From the NCBI GenBank assembly GCA_038131935.1, contig JAYPQH010000018.1, forward strand, positions 160,001-224,000: DNA of 64,000 bases. The letters run 5' to 3'. Under the pieces are notes generated by a model, which was not told the DNA's origin, did not search any database, and worked only from the letters and a program-made list of their open reading frames with translations. Every line of letters begins with the position of its first letter. Positions within the stretch are counted from its first letter, which is position 1. The stretch comes from Alphaproteobacteria bacterium. Its GTDB lineage: Bacteria; Pseudomonadota; Alphaproteobacteria; UBA8317. A program made the translations under genes and the position numbers. This document shows positions 23,243 to 34,751 of the stretch, piece by piece.

Positions 23243-23370
23243 CCAAGATAACAAGACGCATGGTGATGGTTGGTTTTTTTGCAAGCATCCTCACAAGCTG
23301 TGGGCGTAAAGGACCGAATATTCCGCCTTCTGATCAACCAGCAGCGCAACAAACACAAAAGGCAAAATGA
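23239..23370 (+). CDS. lptM: Small lipoprotein, LptM/YifL/LppL family (43 aa), below the ORF-track cutoff
   Basis: [30 protein letters not shown]: lipobox followed by CGxKGP. ATGA overlaps with argH and lysA, in the conserved position before lysA. Confidence 0.8.
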   Translation: MTKITRRMVMVGFFASILTSCGRKGPNIPPSDQPAAQQTQKAK

Positions 23371-24662
23371 TGGATCATTTTACGTATCGTGAGGGCATCT
23401 TGCATGCCGAAGACATCCCCTTGCCCGCCTTGGCAGCCCAGGTAGGCACCCCTTTTTACGTTTATGCCCAATCTACCCTCACCCACCATTACCATGTCTT
23501 TGTGGATGCCTTTGCCCGTCATGACATTCATAATATTTTGGTGGCCTATGCGGTCAAAGCCAACAGCAATATCGCGGTGCTCAAATGCTTGGCCCAATCT
23601 GGCGCTGGCGCTGATGTGGTGTCGGCGGGAGAATTGGCCAGGGCGCTACATGCTGGCATCCCAGCAAAGCGCATCGTGTTCTCAGGTGTTGGAAAGACCT
23701 CTGATGAATTGGCTTTTGCCCTACGCCAGGGCATTGGGATGATCAATGTAGAATCAATCCCAGAATTGCATCTGCTGAACCAGGTTGCCCAAGATTGCCA
23801 GATGACAGCACCTGTTTCGATCCGCATCAATCCAGATGTGGATGCTCAGACCCATGCCAAGATCGCCACAGGAAAAAAAGAGACCAAATTCGGCATCAAT
23901 ATCGATCAAGCCCCTGCTGTTTTTGCCTTGGGTCAATCCCTCCCCCATCTGGCCATGATCGGGGTGGACATGCATATCGGCTCCCAATTAACCCAGCTGG
24001 AGCCCTTTGCCACCGCCACAGATCTTTTGTTGGATATGGTTCGTCATTTGCGCAACCAAGGCCATGCGATCAGCCACATAGATCTTGGAGGAGGTTTGGG
24101 GATTTCTTACGACCAAGATCAGGCCCCACCACCCTCTCCTGATGCCTATGCTGCGGTCCTTGCGCCCAAAATCAAAGGGATTGATGCCACCATTGCGTTT
24201 GAACCAGGACGGTTGATTGCTGGCAATGCAGGGCTTTTGGTCAGCCAGGTGATTTATGAAAAACCCACCGCCGCTAAAAACTTTTTGATTATTGATGCGG
24301 CCATGAATGATCTTATGCGCCCAGCTCTTTATGATGCACATCATGAGATCCAGCCTGTATGTGCCCAAGATGCAGATCATCTGGTGGATGTGGTTGGTCC
24401 TGTCTGTGAAACAGGAGACATTTTTGCCAAGCAGATCATGCTCCCCCATCTCAAAGAAGGTGATTTGGTCGCCCTCAGATCTGCAGGTGCGTATGGTGCC
24501 GTGATGGCAAGTGAATACAACACCCGTCCCCTCATACCCGAAGTGATGGTCTATCAAGATCGTTGGGCTTTGATCCGCCGCCGCCCAACGTTTGAAGAAA
24601 TGATCGAGCGGGAATCATTTGCCCCCTGGCAAACGACGCCTTCAAAAACATCTAACCCTTAA
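23367..24662 (+). CDS. lysA: Diaminopimelate decarboxylase
   Basis: YAVKAN, HIGSQ, DLGGG, EPGR, GPVCETGD, AGAYG. Confidence 0.97.
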   Translation: MMDHFTYREGILHAEDIPLPALAAQVGTPFYVYAQSTLTHHYHVFVDAFARHDIHNILVAYAVKANSNIAVLKCLAQSGAGADVVSAGELARALHAGIPAKRIVFSGVGKTSDELAFALRQGIGMINVESIPELHLLNQVAQDCQMTAPVSIRINPDVDAQTHAKIATGKKETKFGINIDQAPAVFALGQSLPHLAMIGVDMHIGSQLTQLEPFATATDLLLDMVRHLRNQGHAISHIDLGGGLGISYDQDQAPPPSPDAYAAVLAPKIKGIDATIAFEPGRLIAGNAGLLVSQVIYEKPTAAKNFLIIDAAMNDLMRPALYDAHHEIQPVCAQDADHLVDVVGPVCETGDIFAKQIMLPHLKEGDLVALRSAGAYGAVMASEYNTRPLIPEVMVYQDRWALIRRRPTFEEMIERESFAPWQTTPSKTSNP

Positions 24663-24944
24663 CGCCACCATGTGGATTTGAAAGAAAAGAGACAGACAAG
24701 CCAGCCTACAACAGAAATGAGCCTTGAGGGATGAACGTTTCTTCCTTTTGTCTCACACCAGCTTGGTGATCAAAAAAAAATCGCCCCTGGAGTTCTGTTC
24801 CCAAATGCGACGCATGGCCAAAAACAGCGATAGGATCCGTTGAGAAAAGATTGTATTTGTCAAAGAGATTGTTCTTTGCCCTTGTGTCTCATGTGAAGAA
24901 GGTTACATTACCCCCAACATATTGACCAATCAGAGGAACCCATC

Positions 24945-25817
24945 ATGGCCCAGGAATTATCTGCTTATAGCCCCGCTGAAGTTTGGCATTGGGATGCCGA
25001 AAATGGTGGCGAATTCGCCTCTATTAACCGCCCCATTGCAGGCCCTACCCATGAAAAAGAACTCCCCTTGGGCAAGCATCCCTTCCAACTTTACTCCCTT
25101 GCGACACCCAATGGTGTCAAGGTGACGGTGATGTTTGAAGAATTGCTCGCCGCAGGTCATCAAGACGCAGAATATGATGCCTGGCTGATCAATATTCGCG
25201 AAGGTCAACAGTTTTCTAGCGGGTTCGTAGATGTGAACCCCAACTCCAAGATACCGGCTCTATTGGACCGCTCAGGTGCCGAACCAGTGCGGGTTTTTGA
25301 ATCAGGTGCCATCCTGCTGCATTTGGCAGAAAAATTTCAAGCCTTCATGCCCAGCGGATCCCAACGCGCGGAAATCCTCTCTTGGTTGTTTTGGCAAATG
25401 GGCAGTGCCCCTTACCTCGGCGGTGGCTTTGGACATTTTTATGCCTACGCCCCCATGAAAATCGAATATGCGATTGACCGTTTTACCATGGAGACCAAGC
25501 GTCAATTGGATGTGCTTGAGCGTGAACTGACCAAAAACCCCTTCATTGGCGGTGATCAATACAGCATTGCGGACATGGCCATTTGGGCATGGTATGGTCA
25601 GTTGGTGTTGGGACGCCTTTACAATGCGGCAACATTTTTGGATGTGGATCATTATAAAGCGGTGAAGGACTGGGCAGAAAAGATCAACGCACGTCCCGCA
25701 GTTCTGCGCGGCCGCATGGTGAACAAAATTGTTGGTGCCCCTGAACTGCAATTGCATGAACGCCATGACGCATCGGATTTTGAAAGCAAAACCCAAGACA
25801 AACTGGGATCAGCGTAA
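24945..25817 (+). CDS. yghU: Glutathione-dependent disulfide-bond oxidoreductase (GST Nu class)
   Basis: SINRPIAG, LYSLATPNGVKV, NPNSKIPAL, FESGAIL, APYLGGGFGHFYAYAP, ERHDASDF. Confidence 0.92.
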   Translation: MAQELSAYSPAEVWHWDAENGGEFASINRPIAGPTHEKELPLGKHPFQLYSLATPNGVKVTVMFEELLAAGHQDAEYDAWLINIREGQQFSSGFVDVNPNSKIPALLDRSGAEPVRVFESGAILLHLAEKFQAFMPSGSQRAEILSWLFWQMGSAPYLGGGFGHFYAYAPMKIEYAIDRFTMETKRQLDVLERELTKNPFIGGDQYSIADMAIWAWYGQLVLGRLYNAATFLDVDHYKAVKDWAEKINARPAVLRGRMVNKIVGAPELQLHERHDASDFESKTQDKLGSA

Positions 25818-25926
25818 TAGCCCTCTTTGGGTCAGATTGCCGCGATAACCTTCGGTCACTTGAAAGTACTTGGGCTGGGGGATTGGGTTGAGCTACCAAG
25901 GCATTAAGGATTAGAATGAGGCCAGC

Positions 25927-25966
25927 AAAAAAGGCCACAAAAAAAGGCCACAAAAAAAAGGAAAAC
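25927..25966 (+). repeat. Short degenerate tandem repeat (A6-8GGCCAC, ~12-13 bp, x3)
   Basis: aaaaaaggccac aaaaaaaggccac aaaaaaaaggaaaac directly upstream of gcdH. Confidence 0.8.
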
Positions 25967-25970
25967 AGCT

Positions 25971-27190
25971 ATGAATTCACAACCTCAGGATATCAAAGCC
26001 GAGGCGCAACCGAAAGAAACCAAAGCGGTGTTCAATTGGGAAGATCCGTTTCTTCTTGATGATCAATTGTCAGAAGACGAGCGCATGGTTCGTGACACAG
26101 CTCGTGAATATGCCCAAGCAAAACTTCAACCTCGGGTTCGTTCCGCATTTGAGGAAGAGAGATTTGACCGTGAAATCATGAACGAACTGGGTGAGTTGGG
26201 CCTCTTGGGCAGCACCATCCCTGAAACCTATGGCTGTGCGGGTGTGAACCATGTTTGTTATGGTTTGGTTGCCCGAGAAATCGAGCGGGTGGATTCTGGC
26301 TATCGTTCTGCCATGTCGGTGCAATCTTCCCTCGTGATGCATCCTATTTATAGCTTCGGTTCTGAAAGAACAGCGTCAGAAATTTTTGCCAAAATTGGCG
26401 ACCGGTGAATGGGTTGGCTGTTTTGGTTTAACCGAACCTGATTATGGTTCAGATCCAGGTTCCATGCGCACCGTGCGGAACCGGTTGATGGTGGTATCTG
26501 TTAACCGGCAACAAAATGTGGATCTCAAATTCTCCGATTGCTGATGTTGCTGTTGTTTGGGGCAAATTAAATGGTGAGATCCGTGGCTTCTTGGTAGAAC
26601 GTGGCATGGAAGGTTTTTCCACCCCAAAAATTGAAGGCAAGCTATCTTTACGCGCCTCCATCACAGGCGAAATCGTGTTGGACAATTGTTTTGTTCCTGA
26701 AGAAAATCTTCTACCCCATGTTAAGGGGTTAAAAGGGCCCTTCAGCTGCTTGAACAAGGCCCGTTTTGGCATTGCCTGGGGTGCTTTGGGGGCTGCAGAG
26801 TTCTGCTGGACAGCAGCCAGGCAATACACCATGGATCGGCAACAATTTGGACGACCCTTGGCTGCCAACCAGCTCATCCAAAAGAAACTTGCAGATATGC
26901 AAACCGAGATCAGCTTAGGGTTACAAGGCTGCCTGCGGGTAGGTCGTATGCTCGATGACAAAACATGTGCGGTTGAAAATATTTCTCTGATCAAGCGCAA
27001 TTCTTGTGGCAAAGCGCTTGATATCGCACGCATGGCGCGTGACATGCATGGTGGCAACGGGATTTCCGGTGAGTATCATGTCATCCGCCATATGGTGAAC
27101 CTTGAAACGGTCAACACCTATGAAGGCACCCATGATGTACATGCGCTTATTTTGGGCCGTGCACAAACAGGTCTTCAAGCATTCTGCTGA
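25971..27190 (+). CDS. gcdH: Glutaryl-CoA dehydrogenase (several indels between ~26,365 and 26,515)
   Basis: [38 protein letters not shown] (read across frames), [31 protein letters not shown]. Confidence 0.92.
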
Positions 27191-27277
27191 TCACAGGCAT
27201 TTAAAGATCATAAAGAACAAAAGGCCTGAAATAAAATTAAATAAATAGGCCCAAAAAGATGAAGGCCCAAGATAGAT

Positions 27278-27304
27278 AAAAGGGATGTCTAAGCATCCCT
27301 TTTT
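27278..27304. terminator. Intrinsic terminator between gcdH and convergent rpmB
   Basis: AAAAGGGATG-TCTAAG-CATCCCTTTTT hairpin with T tail. Confidence 0.8.
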
Positions 27305-27572
27305 ATTGTGACCTGCATTCAATTTCTAAGGGCTTTGTTCTTGATGTTCGCAAACATTGATCGCGCAAAATCTCAATCTATCGTGAAGACCCAAGCCACC
27401 ATTGCAAGATGGCTCACGGCATTTCTTGCCATTGCCCTTCAGACAGCCGCCCCCTGAGACAGCACGGGCGCAAATATAGACATCTTCTTGAGAAAAAGCG
27501 CGCAACAAAAAAGGGCGCACAGGTAAGAATATACGCCCTTGTTTTTTGAAATTTGTAAAATGTTGTTAAGAT

Positions 27573-27848
27573 TTACGCAGTAGCGATCGCTTTTTTGACC
27601 TTGCGTGCCGCATCAGACAACAGATCATCCTTGGCTTTGGCAAGGTACATATCCAAACCACCAACCTTGTCCACAGTACGGATCGCACGGGTAGAAACCT
27701 TAAAGGTGAAACGACGGCCAAGCTTTTCGCTCTCAAACGTCACATTGTTGAGGTTGGGTAAGTAGCGGCGGCGAGTTCTGTTGTTGGCATGAGACACATT
27801 GTTTCCGGTTAACACACCTTTACCAGTCAATTCACAACGACGTGCCAT
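27573..27848 (-). CDS. rpmB: 50S ribosomal protein L28
   Basis: [33 protein letters not shown]. Confidence 0.97.
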   Translation of the reverse strand: MARRCELTGKGVLTGNNVSHANNRTRRRYLPNLNNVTFESEKLGRRFTFKVSTRAIRTVDKVGGLDMYLAKAKDDLLSDAARKVKKAIATA

Positions 27849-28024
27849 GGCACACTCCTTACATGTTCTTAGACGTTGCCTCGTGCAACATCATTTTTTC
27901 GTAAACTTCATCTTGCATAATGCTTTTCACATCATGGACATCCAAACATTCAGGCCATCGAACGCCGAACAAGCCATTTAGCTATCCATGAAAGCGGTTC
28001 ATTACCCTCATGCGCCCTTGTCCG

Positions 28025-29004
28025 TCAAGCCGTTTTCATATCCAACCAAGCCAACATATCTCCCACCGCAGAGGAAGGGCTACGCTCACCGCGATGTATA
28101 TCATCTTTGAGCTGCATTAATTGATTTTGTATCTCGAGGTCACGCGCAAAACGTTGCCATACAGCAGCTTGCAATTGATTGGTGAAGGCGTCCACGGCTT
28201 GTGTTTGTCGTTGTCTTGTAAACTCACCACTATCACGAAGTTTTCCAATGGCATCTTCGACCAAGGACCAAAGCTCTGGCACACCATCACCTGTCAATGC
28301 AGAGAGTTTCATGACTTGTGGTTGCCATGCTTGAAACCTTGGCCGCATCAACCGTAACGCTGAGGCGTGATCGGCCACGGCACGTTGGGCAGCGGGCAAA
28401 AGGTCACCATCAGCTTTGTTGACCGCCACCAGATCCGCCAATTCCATAATGCCACGCTTGATGCCTTGCAATTCATCACCCCCGCCTGGGGATAACAAGA
28501 GAACAAACAAATCACTCAACTCGGCAACCGCTGTTTCTGATTGCCCCACCCCAACAGTCTCAACCAACACAACATCAAAGCCTGCAGCTTCCACCAACGC
28601 GATGGCGTCGGGTATGTCTGGCCACCCCCTAAAAAACCCACCTGAGGGGGACGGACGGATATAGGCCATGGGATGTCGTGCCAAGCGCTCCATCCGGGTT
28701 TTATCACCCAAAATAGATCCCCCCGTCCGCTGGGAACTTGGATCTACCGCCAACACCGCTACTTTATGGCCTTGCTCCACCAAATGAAGCCCCAAACATT
28801 CAATAAAGGTAGATTTACCCACCCCTGGTGTTCCACTAAGCCCCAGCCTTATGCTGACGGAACTGTTGGCAGTTGGTCCAACAAGTCATGAGCTTGTGCC
28901 TGATGTTGGAGATTTGAGGACTCGACCAGCGTGATAGCGCGTGCGAGCACCCGCCGATCACCATTGGCCAAGCCTTCAAGATATTTGTCTGTGCCCAGCA
29001 CCAA
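28025..29004 (-). CDS. meaB: Methylmalonyl-CoA mutase-associated GTPase MeaB (frameshifted)
   Basis: N-terminus GDRRVLARAITLVES read from 29004. Frameshift at ~28,855 before SGTPGVGKST. Also AVDPSS, GGSILGDKTRM, VETVGVGQSE, NKAD. Abuts the mutase gene. Confidence 0.92.
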
Positions 29005-31143
29005 TCACCCTCTTGCTTCCAGCAAATCAATGATATCTTGAGCAGCTTTGGGGATAGAGGTCCCAGGACCAAATATTGCCGCCACCCCTGCAGCCTTTAA
29101 AAAATCATAATCTTGGGCGGGGATAACCCCCCCACATACCACCAAGACGTCGCCTGCACCTTTATCTTTGAGCGCATCGATCAATTCAGGGATTAAGGTT
29201 TTATGGCCAGCGGCTTGGGATGATATACCCACCACATGGACATCATTATCGATGGCGTCTTGTGCTGCTTCTTCTGGGGTTTGGAACAAAGGCCCCACAT
29301 CAATGTCAAAGCCTGCATCTGCAAATGCCGTTGCAATCACCTTTGCACCACGGTCATGACCATCTTGCCCCAATTTGGCAACCAGCATCCTTGGACGGCG
29401 GCCCTCATGCTCAGCAAATTGATCCAAGCGGGATTTAAGTTCTGCAAAACCCTCATCAGCGCCATACGCATCACCATAAACCCCTGAGATGGAGCGAATT
29501 TCTGCGCGATGCCGACCGAACACAGATTCCATGGCATCAGAAATCTCACCCACTGTCGCCCGAGCGCGTGCACAAGGAATAGCAGCTTCAAGCAGGTTTC
29601 CACCTTCTTTGGCCACTTGGGCCAAATGCGCCAAGGCTTGTTGGCAAGCCGCCTCATCACGTGTTGAACGTATCTGGTTCAGCCTTGCAATTTGGGCTTC
29701 ACGAACCTTGGTGTTATCAATATCCAAAATATCTATGGGGTCTTGGCTCGTAGGTTGATACTTGTTCACCCCAACGATGATCTCTTCGCCCCGGTCAATA
29801 GAGGCTTGTTTGCGTGCAGCCGCTTCTTCAATCCGGAGTTTGGGAATACCTTGCTCCACAGCTTTGGTCATCCCACCCATGGCTTCGATATCTTGAATAA
29901 TCGCCCAAGCATCATCCACCAACTGCTTGGTCAAGCTCTCTATATAATAAGATCCACCCAACGGATCGACCACCTTGGTCACCCCGGTCTCATGCTGCAA
30001 AATCAACTGGGTATTCCGTGCGATGCGTGATGAGAATGCCGTGGGCAGCGCAATTGCTTCATCAAAGGAGTTGGTGTGCAAAGATTGGGTTCCACCCAAC
30101 ACCGCTGCCATGGCTTCCACCGCCGTGCGCACCACATTGTTGTAAGGATCTTGCTCGGTCAAAGATACACCCGAGGTCTGACAATGGGTACGCAACATGA
30201 GGCTTGCGGGCTTTTGCGGTTCAAAAGGCTTCATCACGCGCGCCCAAAGGGTTCGGGCAGCACGCAATTTGGCAATCTCCATGAAAAAATTCATGCCAAT
30301 GGCAAAGAAAAACGACAATCTGGGGGCAAAAGCATCAACATCCAACCCCGTGGAACGCGCGGCACGCACATATTCCAAACCATCTGCGATGGTGTAGGCA
30401 AGTTCTTGAACCTGCGTCGCACCTGCTTCTTGCATGTGGTAACCAGAAATCGAAATCGAATTGAATTTCGGCATATGGGCTGATGTGTAGCCAATGATAT
30501 CTGCAATAATCCGCATGGAGGGCTCAGGGGGGTAGATATAGGTGTTGCGAACCATAAATTCCTTCAGAATATCATTCTGAATGGTACCAGAGAGTTGCGC
30601 AACAGACGCACCTTGTTCTTCACCTGCTACAATAAAGTTTGCCAAGGTTGGAATCACAGCTCCATTCATGGTCATTGATACAGACATCTCAGAGAGCGGA
30701 ATCCCATCGAACAAAATCTTCATATCTTCGACGGAGTCAATTGCCACACCCGCTTTACCGACATCGCCTGCAACTCTTGGATGGTCGGAATCATACCCAC
30801 GATGGGTGGCCAAATCAAAGGCTACAGACAAGCCTTTTTGGCCTGACTCCAAGGCTTTGCGGTAAAAAGCATTTGACTCTTCTGCAGTAGAGAAGCCTGC
30901 ATACTGACGTATCGTCCAGGGACGACCTGCATACATGCTTGCACGAACCCCACGGGTGTAAGGTGCAAAACCTGGCATTTGATTGACAAAGTCTGCATCC
31001 ACGTCTTCGGCCGTGTATAAAGGCTTGATTTCAATTCCCTCTGGGGTGTCCCAGTTTAACGAAGACAATGGTCGATCGCGTAATTCCTTCTGGGCTAATG
31101 CTTCCCAGTCTGACCGACTTTTCTTATCAAAACCCTCAGCCAT
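29005..31143 (-). CDS. scpA: Methylmalonyl-CoA mutase (B12-dependent)
   Basis: [38 protein letters not shown], and B12-binding motif GQDGHDRG. Confidence 0.97.
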   Translation of the reverse strand: MAEGFDKKSRSDWEALAQKELRDRPLSSLNWDTPEGIEIKPLYTAEDVDADFVNQMPGFAPYTRGVRASMYAGRPWTIRQYAGFSTAEESNAFYRKALESGQKGLSVAFDLATHRGYDSDHPRVAGDVGKAGVAIDSVEDMKILFDGIPLSEMSVSMTMNGAVIPTLANFIVAGEEQGASVAQLSGTIQNDILKEFMVRNTYIYPPEPSMRIIADIIGYTSAHMPKFNSISISGYHMQEAGATQVQELAYTIADGLEYVRAARSTGLDVDAFAPRLSFFFAIGMNFFMEIAKLRAARTLWARVMKPFEPQKPASLMLRTHCQTSGVSLTEQDPYNNVVRTAVEAMAAVLGGTQSLHTNSFDEAIALPTAFSSRIARNTQLILQHETGVTKVVDPLGGSYYIESLTKQLVDDAWAIIQDIEAMGGMTKAVEQGIPKLRIEEAAARKQASIDRGEEIIVGVNKYQPTSQDPIDILDIDNTKVREAQIARLNQIRSTRDEAACQQALAHLAQVAKEGGNLLEAAIPCARARATVGEISDAMESVFGRHRAEIRSISGVYGDAYGADEGFAELKSRLDQFAEHEGRRPRMLVAKLGQDGHDRGAKVIATAFADAGFDIDVGPLFQTPEEAAQDAIDNDVHVVGISSQAAGHKTLIPELIDALKDKGAGDVLVVCGGVIPAQDYDFLKAAGVAAIFGPGTSIPKAAQDIIDLLEARG

Positions 31144-31360
31144 GTTTCTTCACCTCGTAATGTCAATGATGTCAACAGGTCAGATGTGATCCTTTTGCAC
31201 GCCAAGGTCAACCAATCTCTCACTTTTGTGAGACCAAAGGCAAAAAAAGACCTTTATCTGAGAAGAATGTGAAGCAACATTTGGCTTTCCGGCGTAATGG
31301 GGTTACAACAGGCCTGACACAAATGGCGATGACCAACCCTAGAAGACGTGGTCGAAGGGG

Positions 31361-34300
31361 ATGGCAACGAAAGAGGCAATAATGGCAGGGGTATCAGATC
31401 AAGCGCGTCCGGGTTGGATCACTGCCGTTTTGGGCCCCACCAATACAGGCAAAACCCATTATGCCGTTACCCGAATGCTGGCCAATCCCACAGGAATGAT
31501 CGGCTTACCGTTGCGTCTACTTGCACGGGAAGTGTATGACCGCGTGGTCGCACGCGTAGGTGCAGCCAGTACGGCTTTGATGACGGGAGAAGAAAAAATC
31601 ATCCCCAAAAATGTTCGTTTTTGGGTTTGTACGGTTGAATCCATGCCCATGGATATCTCCGTCGACTTTTTGGCGGTCGATGAGATCCAACTTGCCCAAG
31701 ATCCCGAGCGCGGCCATGTTTTTACGGATCGACTGCTGCATGCCAGAGGACGTCATGAGACCATGTTCATGGGTGCCTCGACCATGGCACCTTTATTGCA
31801 GCGTTTAGTACCTGAATTAACCATCCAATCACGCGAACGCATGTCCACATTGAGTTATGGGGGGATCAAAAAAATATCCCGCCTCCCCCGACGCTCTGCC
31901 ATCGTGGCGTTCTCGGCCAACGAGGTCTACGAAATCGCGGAGTGGATCAGGCGGCAAAAAGGCGGAGCTGCAGTGGTATTGGGAGCTTTGTCCCCACGCA
32001 CCCGAAACGCGCAAGTGGCCCTTTATGAAGAAGGTGAAGTCGATTACCTGGTGGCAACGGATGCCATAGGCATGGGCTTAAACATGGATGTCCATCACGT
32101 TGCCTTCGCAGGACTTGAAAAATTTGATGGCAAATTGGTGCGCAGGCTTAGGGATGATGAGCTGGCACAAATTGCAGGGCGCGCAGGACGCTTCCAACGT
32201 GATGGTAGCTTTGGAACCACAGGTTCTGCTGAAGATTTAAACCCTGAGACCATCGAGCATATTGAAGAACATCGCTTTCCCCCAGTGACCCAGGTTTGTT
32301 GGCGAAACGGCATCCTCGATTACCGCTCACCACAAGCCTTGTTATCAAGTCTTGAACGCGGCTCATCACAAGATATCTTGATAAGGGGCCGGGAGGCATC
32401 GGATGCGTTAACCTTGCGGCAAATGTCCCGAGATGAAGACATACAAAAACGGGCACAATCATTATCGCGGACCAAATTGCTATGGGATGTGGCGCAAATT
32501 CCGGACTTCCGCAAAACACTGCATTCTGAACATGTGGTGTTGCTCATGGAGGCATTTAAACAACTCTGTGATCAGGGGCATTTGCTGGAAGATTGGATTG
32601 CGGGTCATGTGGGAAGGTTGGACCGTTTTGATGGCGGCATTGATGCGTTACAGACACGCTTGGCATTTATCCGCACGTGGACATACATGTCACATAGACC
32701 TAATTGGTTGCGCGATAGCAAATATTGGCAGCAACGCACGCGAGATATTGAGGACAAACTCTCAGATGCGTTACATGAGAGTTTGATGGGCCGCTTTGTT
32801 GATAGGCGCACTTCGGTCCTGATGAAACGCCTAAGGGAGAAACAAGATTTGATGGCGGAAGTGGATGATGATGGCAACATCACCGTAGAGGGTGAAGTTG
32901 TGGGAAAACTTGATGGGTTTCGCTTCTCAGCGGATACCAGCAGCGGGGACATTCATGCCAAGACGTTGAAGGCAGCCGCAGCTCAAGTTCTGGCGGACCA
33001 ACTCACACGTCGGGCCAATCAGCTGGCCGGTGCCAAAAACCCTATATCGATTGCCATTGATGGCGGCATACTCTGGTCGGGCAGTATTATAGGCAGATTG
33101 GAAAAAGGTGATGCCCCCTTGCGCCCTCGGGTCCAGCTTTATGTAGATGACCATATGCCCGCCCCCATCAGGGACAAATTGCGCGAGCATATTGAAGGCA
33201 GGGTTACCCAAGAAATCGATAACCGCCTTGGACCTTTACGAAAGATGGAGTCTGGGGAAGAACTCACAGCCAATGCACGCGCCATGGCTTTTAGGCTTTA
33301 TGAGGCCAAAGGCTGCTTGATGCGCCGTGACGTGCAGGATCTGATGGCAAGCCTAGGCCAGGAAGATCGTCAAGGTTTACGGGGCTTGGGCACCCGTTTT
33401 GCCCAACATGCCATTTACCTTCCACTCTTGTTAAAGCCCCATGCACTGACCTTGAAAGCCGCTCTTTGGGCCTTGTTTGAGGGTAAACCCGCAATTGAAC
33501 CACCCCCTCCTGGGTTGGTCACCATCACCCGCGACCCACAATTGCCAAACAGCTATTATCACGAGAATGGTTTCATGCCGTTTCAGCGGGTGGCAGCCCG
33601 TGTGGACATGACAGACAGGCTTACAGAATCCATTCGCAAAGAATGCGATAACGAAAGCCAAACCCCTAAAGGCATGTTTATCATCACCCCAGACCTCATG
33701 TCCTTGGTGGGCCGGTCAGGGGAGGACTTTGAAGATATCCTCAAAGGCCTTGGTTATCGGGAAACTGAGCCCTTCACACCCAAGACAGAAGAAGAAGCGA
33801 TCGCAACGGATAATACCTCCACAGCTGAGGAGGCCTCTTCCCAAGAGCCAAGCATCTCAGCAACCCCAGATGCAACAGAAGAAAATGAAGCGCATCAGCA
33901 TGGCCAAGATGGTGAAATATCAGAAGCGCAAACCGCTGAGGGACAACACGAGCATCTTACAGACAAAGAACAAGTTCTTGAACCAGGACCCCAAGAACCC
34001 CAAGAAGCAGCTCCTTTGGCCGATACCGTTTCTTCCCCAATGGTTGATGAAAGCGCCCCCTCTGGAGATCTTGACGAGGGACAAGTCGAACCAAAATCCA
34101 TCATGGAACAAGACGAGAATGCAGCCGTTGGCCAGTCTGATGATCTTGTCTCAACATCAGAAAATGAAGGAGTAAGCCCAACAGAAGAGCCTGATGCAAA
34201 ACCTATCATGTTATGGCGCTTTAGGCCTCCACGTCCTGAGCGACGTGATGGCAACCGGGGAAGACGGGCAGCATTTTCAAACCCCACATATGGCCAAAAA

Positions 34301-34546
34301 GACAATGCTGAGAAAGGTGAAGGGCGTGAAGAGCGTCGTCCCCAAAAGGCATACAAAGACAACCAAAAGCCCAGATCAAAACCCACACATGGCGAAGATG
34401 GGGGTTCCAAACGACCAAGGGGGAAAAAACCGCGTCCACAGGATCAGCGGACCCCAAGCCGCATGGAAGCAAAACCCCAAGGGAAGCCCGCCAGTATAGA
34501 TCCTGATTCACCTTTTGCAGTGCTCGCCAAATTTAAAAACCGGTGA
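31361..34546 (+). CDS. SF2 helicase, Suv3/MgpS-like, with long low-complexity C-terminal region
   Basis: LGPTNTGKT, PLRLLAREVY, CTVE, DEIQ, ATDAIGMGLN, QIAGRAGR. Acidic linker, basic tail and terminal DPDSPFA motif. Confidence 0.92.
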   Translation: MATKEAIMAGVSDQARPGWITAVLGPTNTGKTHYAVTRMLANPTGMIGLPLRLLAREVYDRVVARVGAASTALMTGEEKIIPKNVRFWVCTVESMPMDISVDFLAVDEIQLAQDPERGHVFTDRLLHARGRHETMFMGASTMAPLLQRLVPELTIQSRERMSTLSYGGIKKISRLPRRSAIVAFSANEVYEIAEWIRRQKGGAAVVLGALSPRTRNAQVALYEEGEVDYLVATDAIGMGLNMDVHHVAFAGLEKFDGKLVRRLRDDELAQIAGRAGRFQRDGSFGTTGSAEDLNPETIEHIEEHRFPPVTQVCWRNGILDYRSPQALLSSLERGSSQDILIRGREASDALTLRQMSRDEDIQKRAQSLSRTKLLWDVAQIPDFRKTLHSEHVVLLMEAFKQLCDQGHLLEDWIAGHVGRLDRFDGGIDALQTRLAFIRTWTYMSHRPNWLRDSKYWQQRTRDIEDKLSDALHESLMGRFVDRRTSVLMKRLREKQDLMAEVDDDGNITVEGEVVGKLDGFRFSADTSSGDIHAKTLKAAAAQVLADQLTRRANQLAGAKNPISIAIDGGILWSGSIIGRLEKGDAPLRPRVQLYVDDHMPAPIRDKLREHIEGRVTQEIDNRLGPLRKMESGEELTANARAMAFRLYEAKGCLMRRDVQDLMASLGQEDRQGLRGLGTRFAQHAIYLPLLLKPHALTLKAALWALFEGKPAIEPPPPGLVTITRDPQLPNSYYHENGFMPFQRVAARVDMTDRLTESIRKECDNESQTPKGMFIITPDLMSLVGRSGEDFEDILKGLGYRETEPFTPKTEEEAIATDNTSTAEEASSQEPSISATPDATEENEAHQHGQDGEISEAQTAEGQHEHLTDKEQVLEPGPQEPQEAAPLADTVSSPMVDESAPSGDLDEGQVEPKSIMEQDENAAVGQSDDLVSTSENEGVSPTEEPDAKPIMLWRFRPPRPERRDGNRGRRAAFSNPTYGQKDNAEKGEGREERRPQKAYKDNQKPRSKPTHGEDGGSKRPRGKKPRPQDQRTPSRMEAKPQGKPASIDPDSPFAVLAKFKNR

Positions 34547-34551
34547 TCCTC

Positions 34552-34573
34552 AAAGCCCATCATGTTGGGCTTT
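34552..34573 (+). terminator. Hairpin downstream of the helicase gene
   Basis: AAAGCCCA-TCATGT-TGGGCTTT. Confidence 0.5.
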
Positions 34574-34710
34574 ATGTCAAGCCATGCGCTGCGTGGGTTA
34601 ATTCCTGATCCCTTACCGCACCTCTTGTGAGGTCTGGCTAAGGGATCAGGTTTTGTTATGGAAATTTCTTGACCAAAAAGAAATGAAACGGACAAAATTT
34701 CTTATGGCAT

Positions 34711-34751
34711 CTCAGTCGGTAGCTCAGCTGATCGTTCAGTTGGCAGGTCAG
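34711..34751. repeat. Degenerate 12-bp tandem repeat (TCAG at 34712, 34724, 34736, 34748)
   Basis: On the minus strand this reads as four in-frame TGA codons spaced 12 nt apart, starting at the VOC gene stop. Confidence 0.7.
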
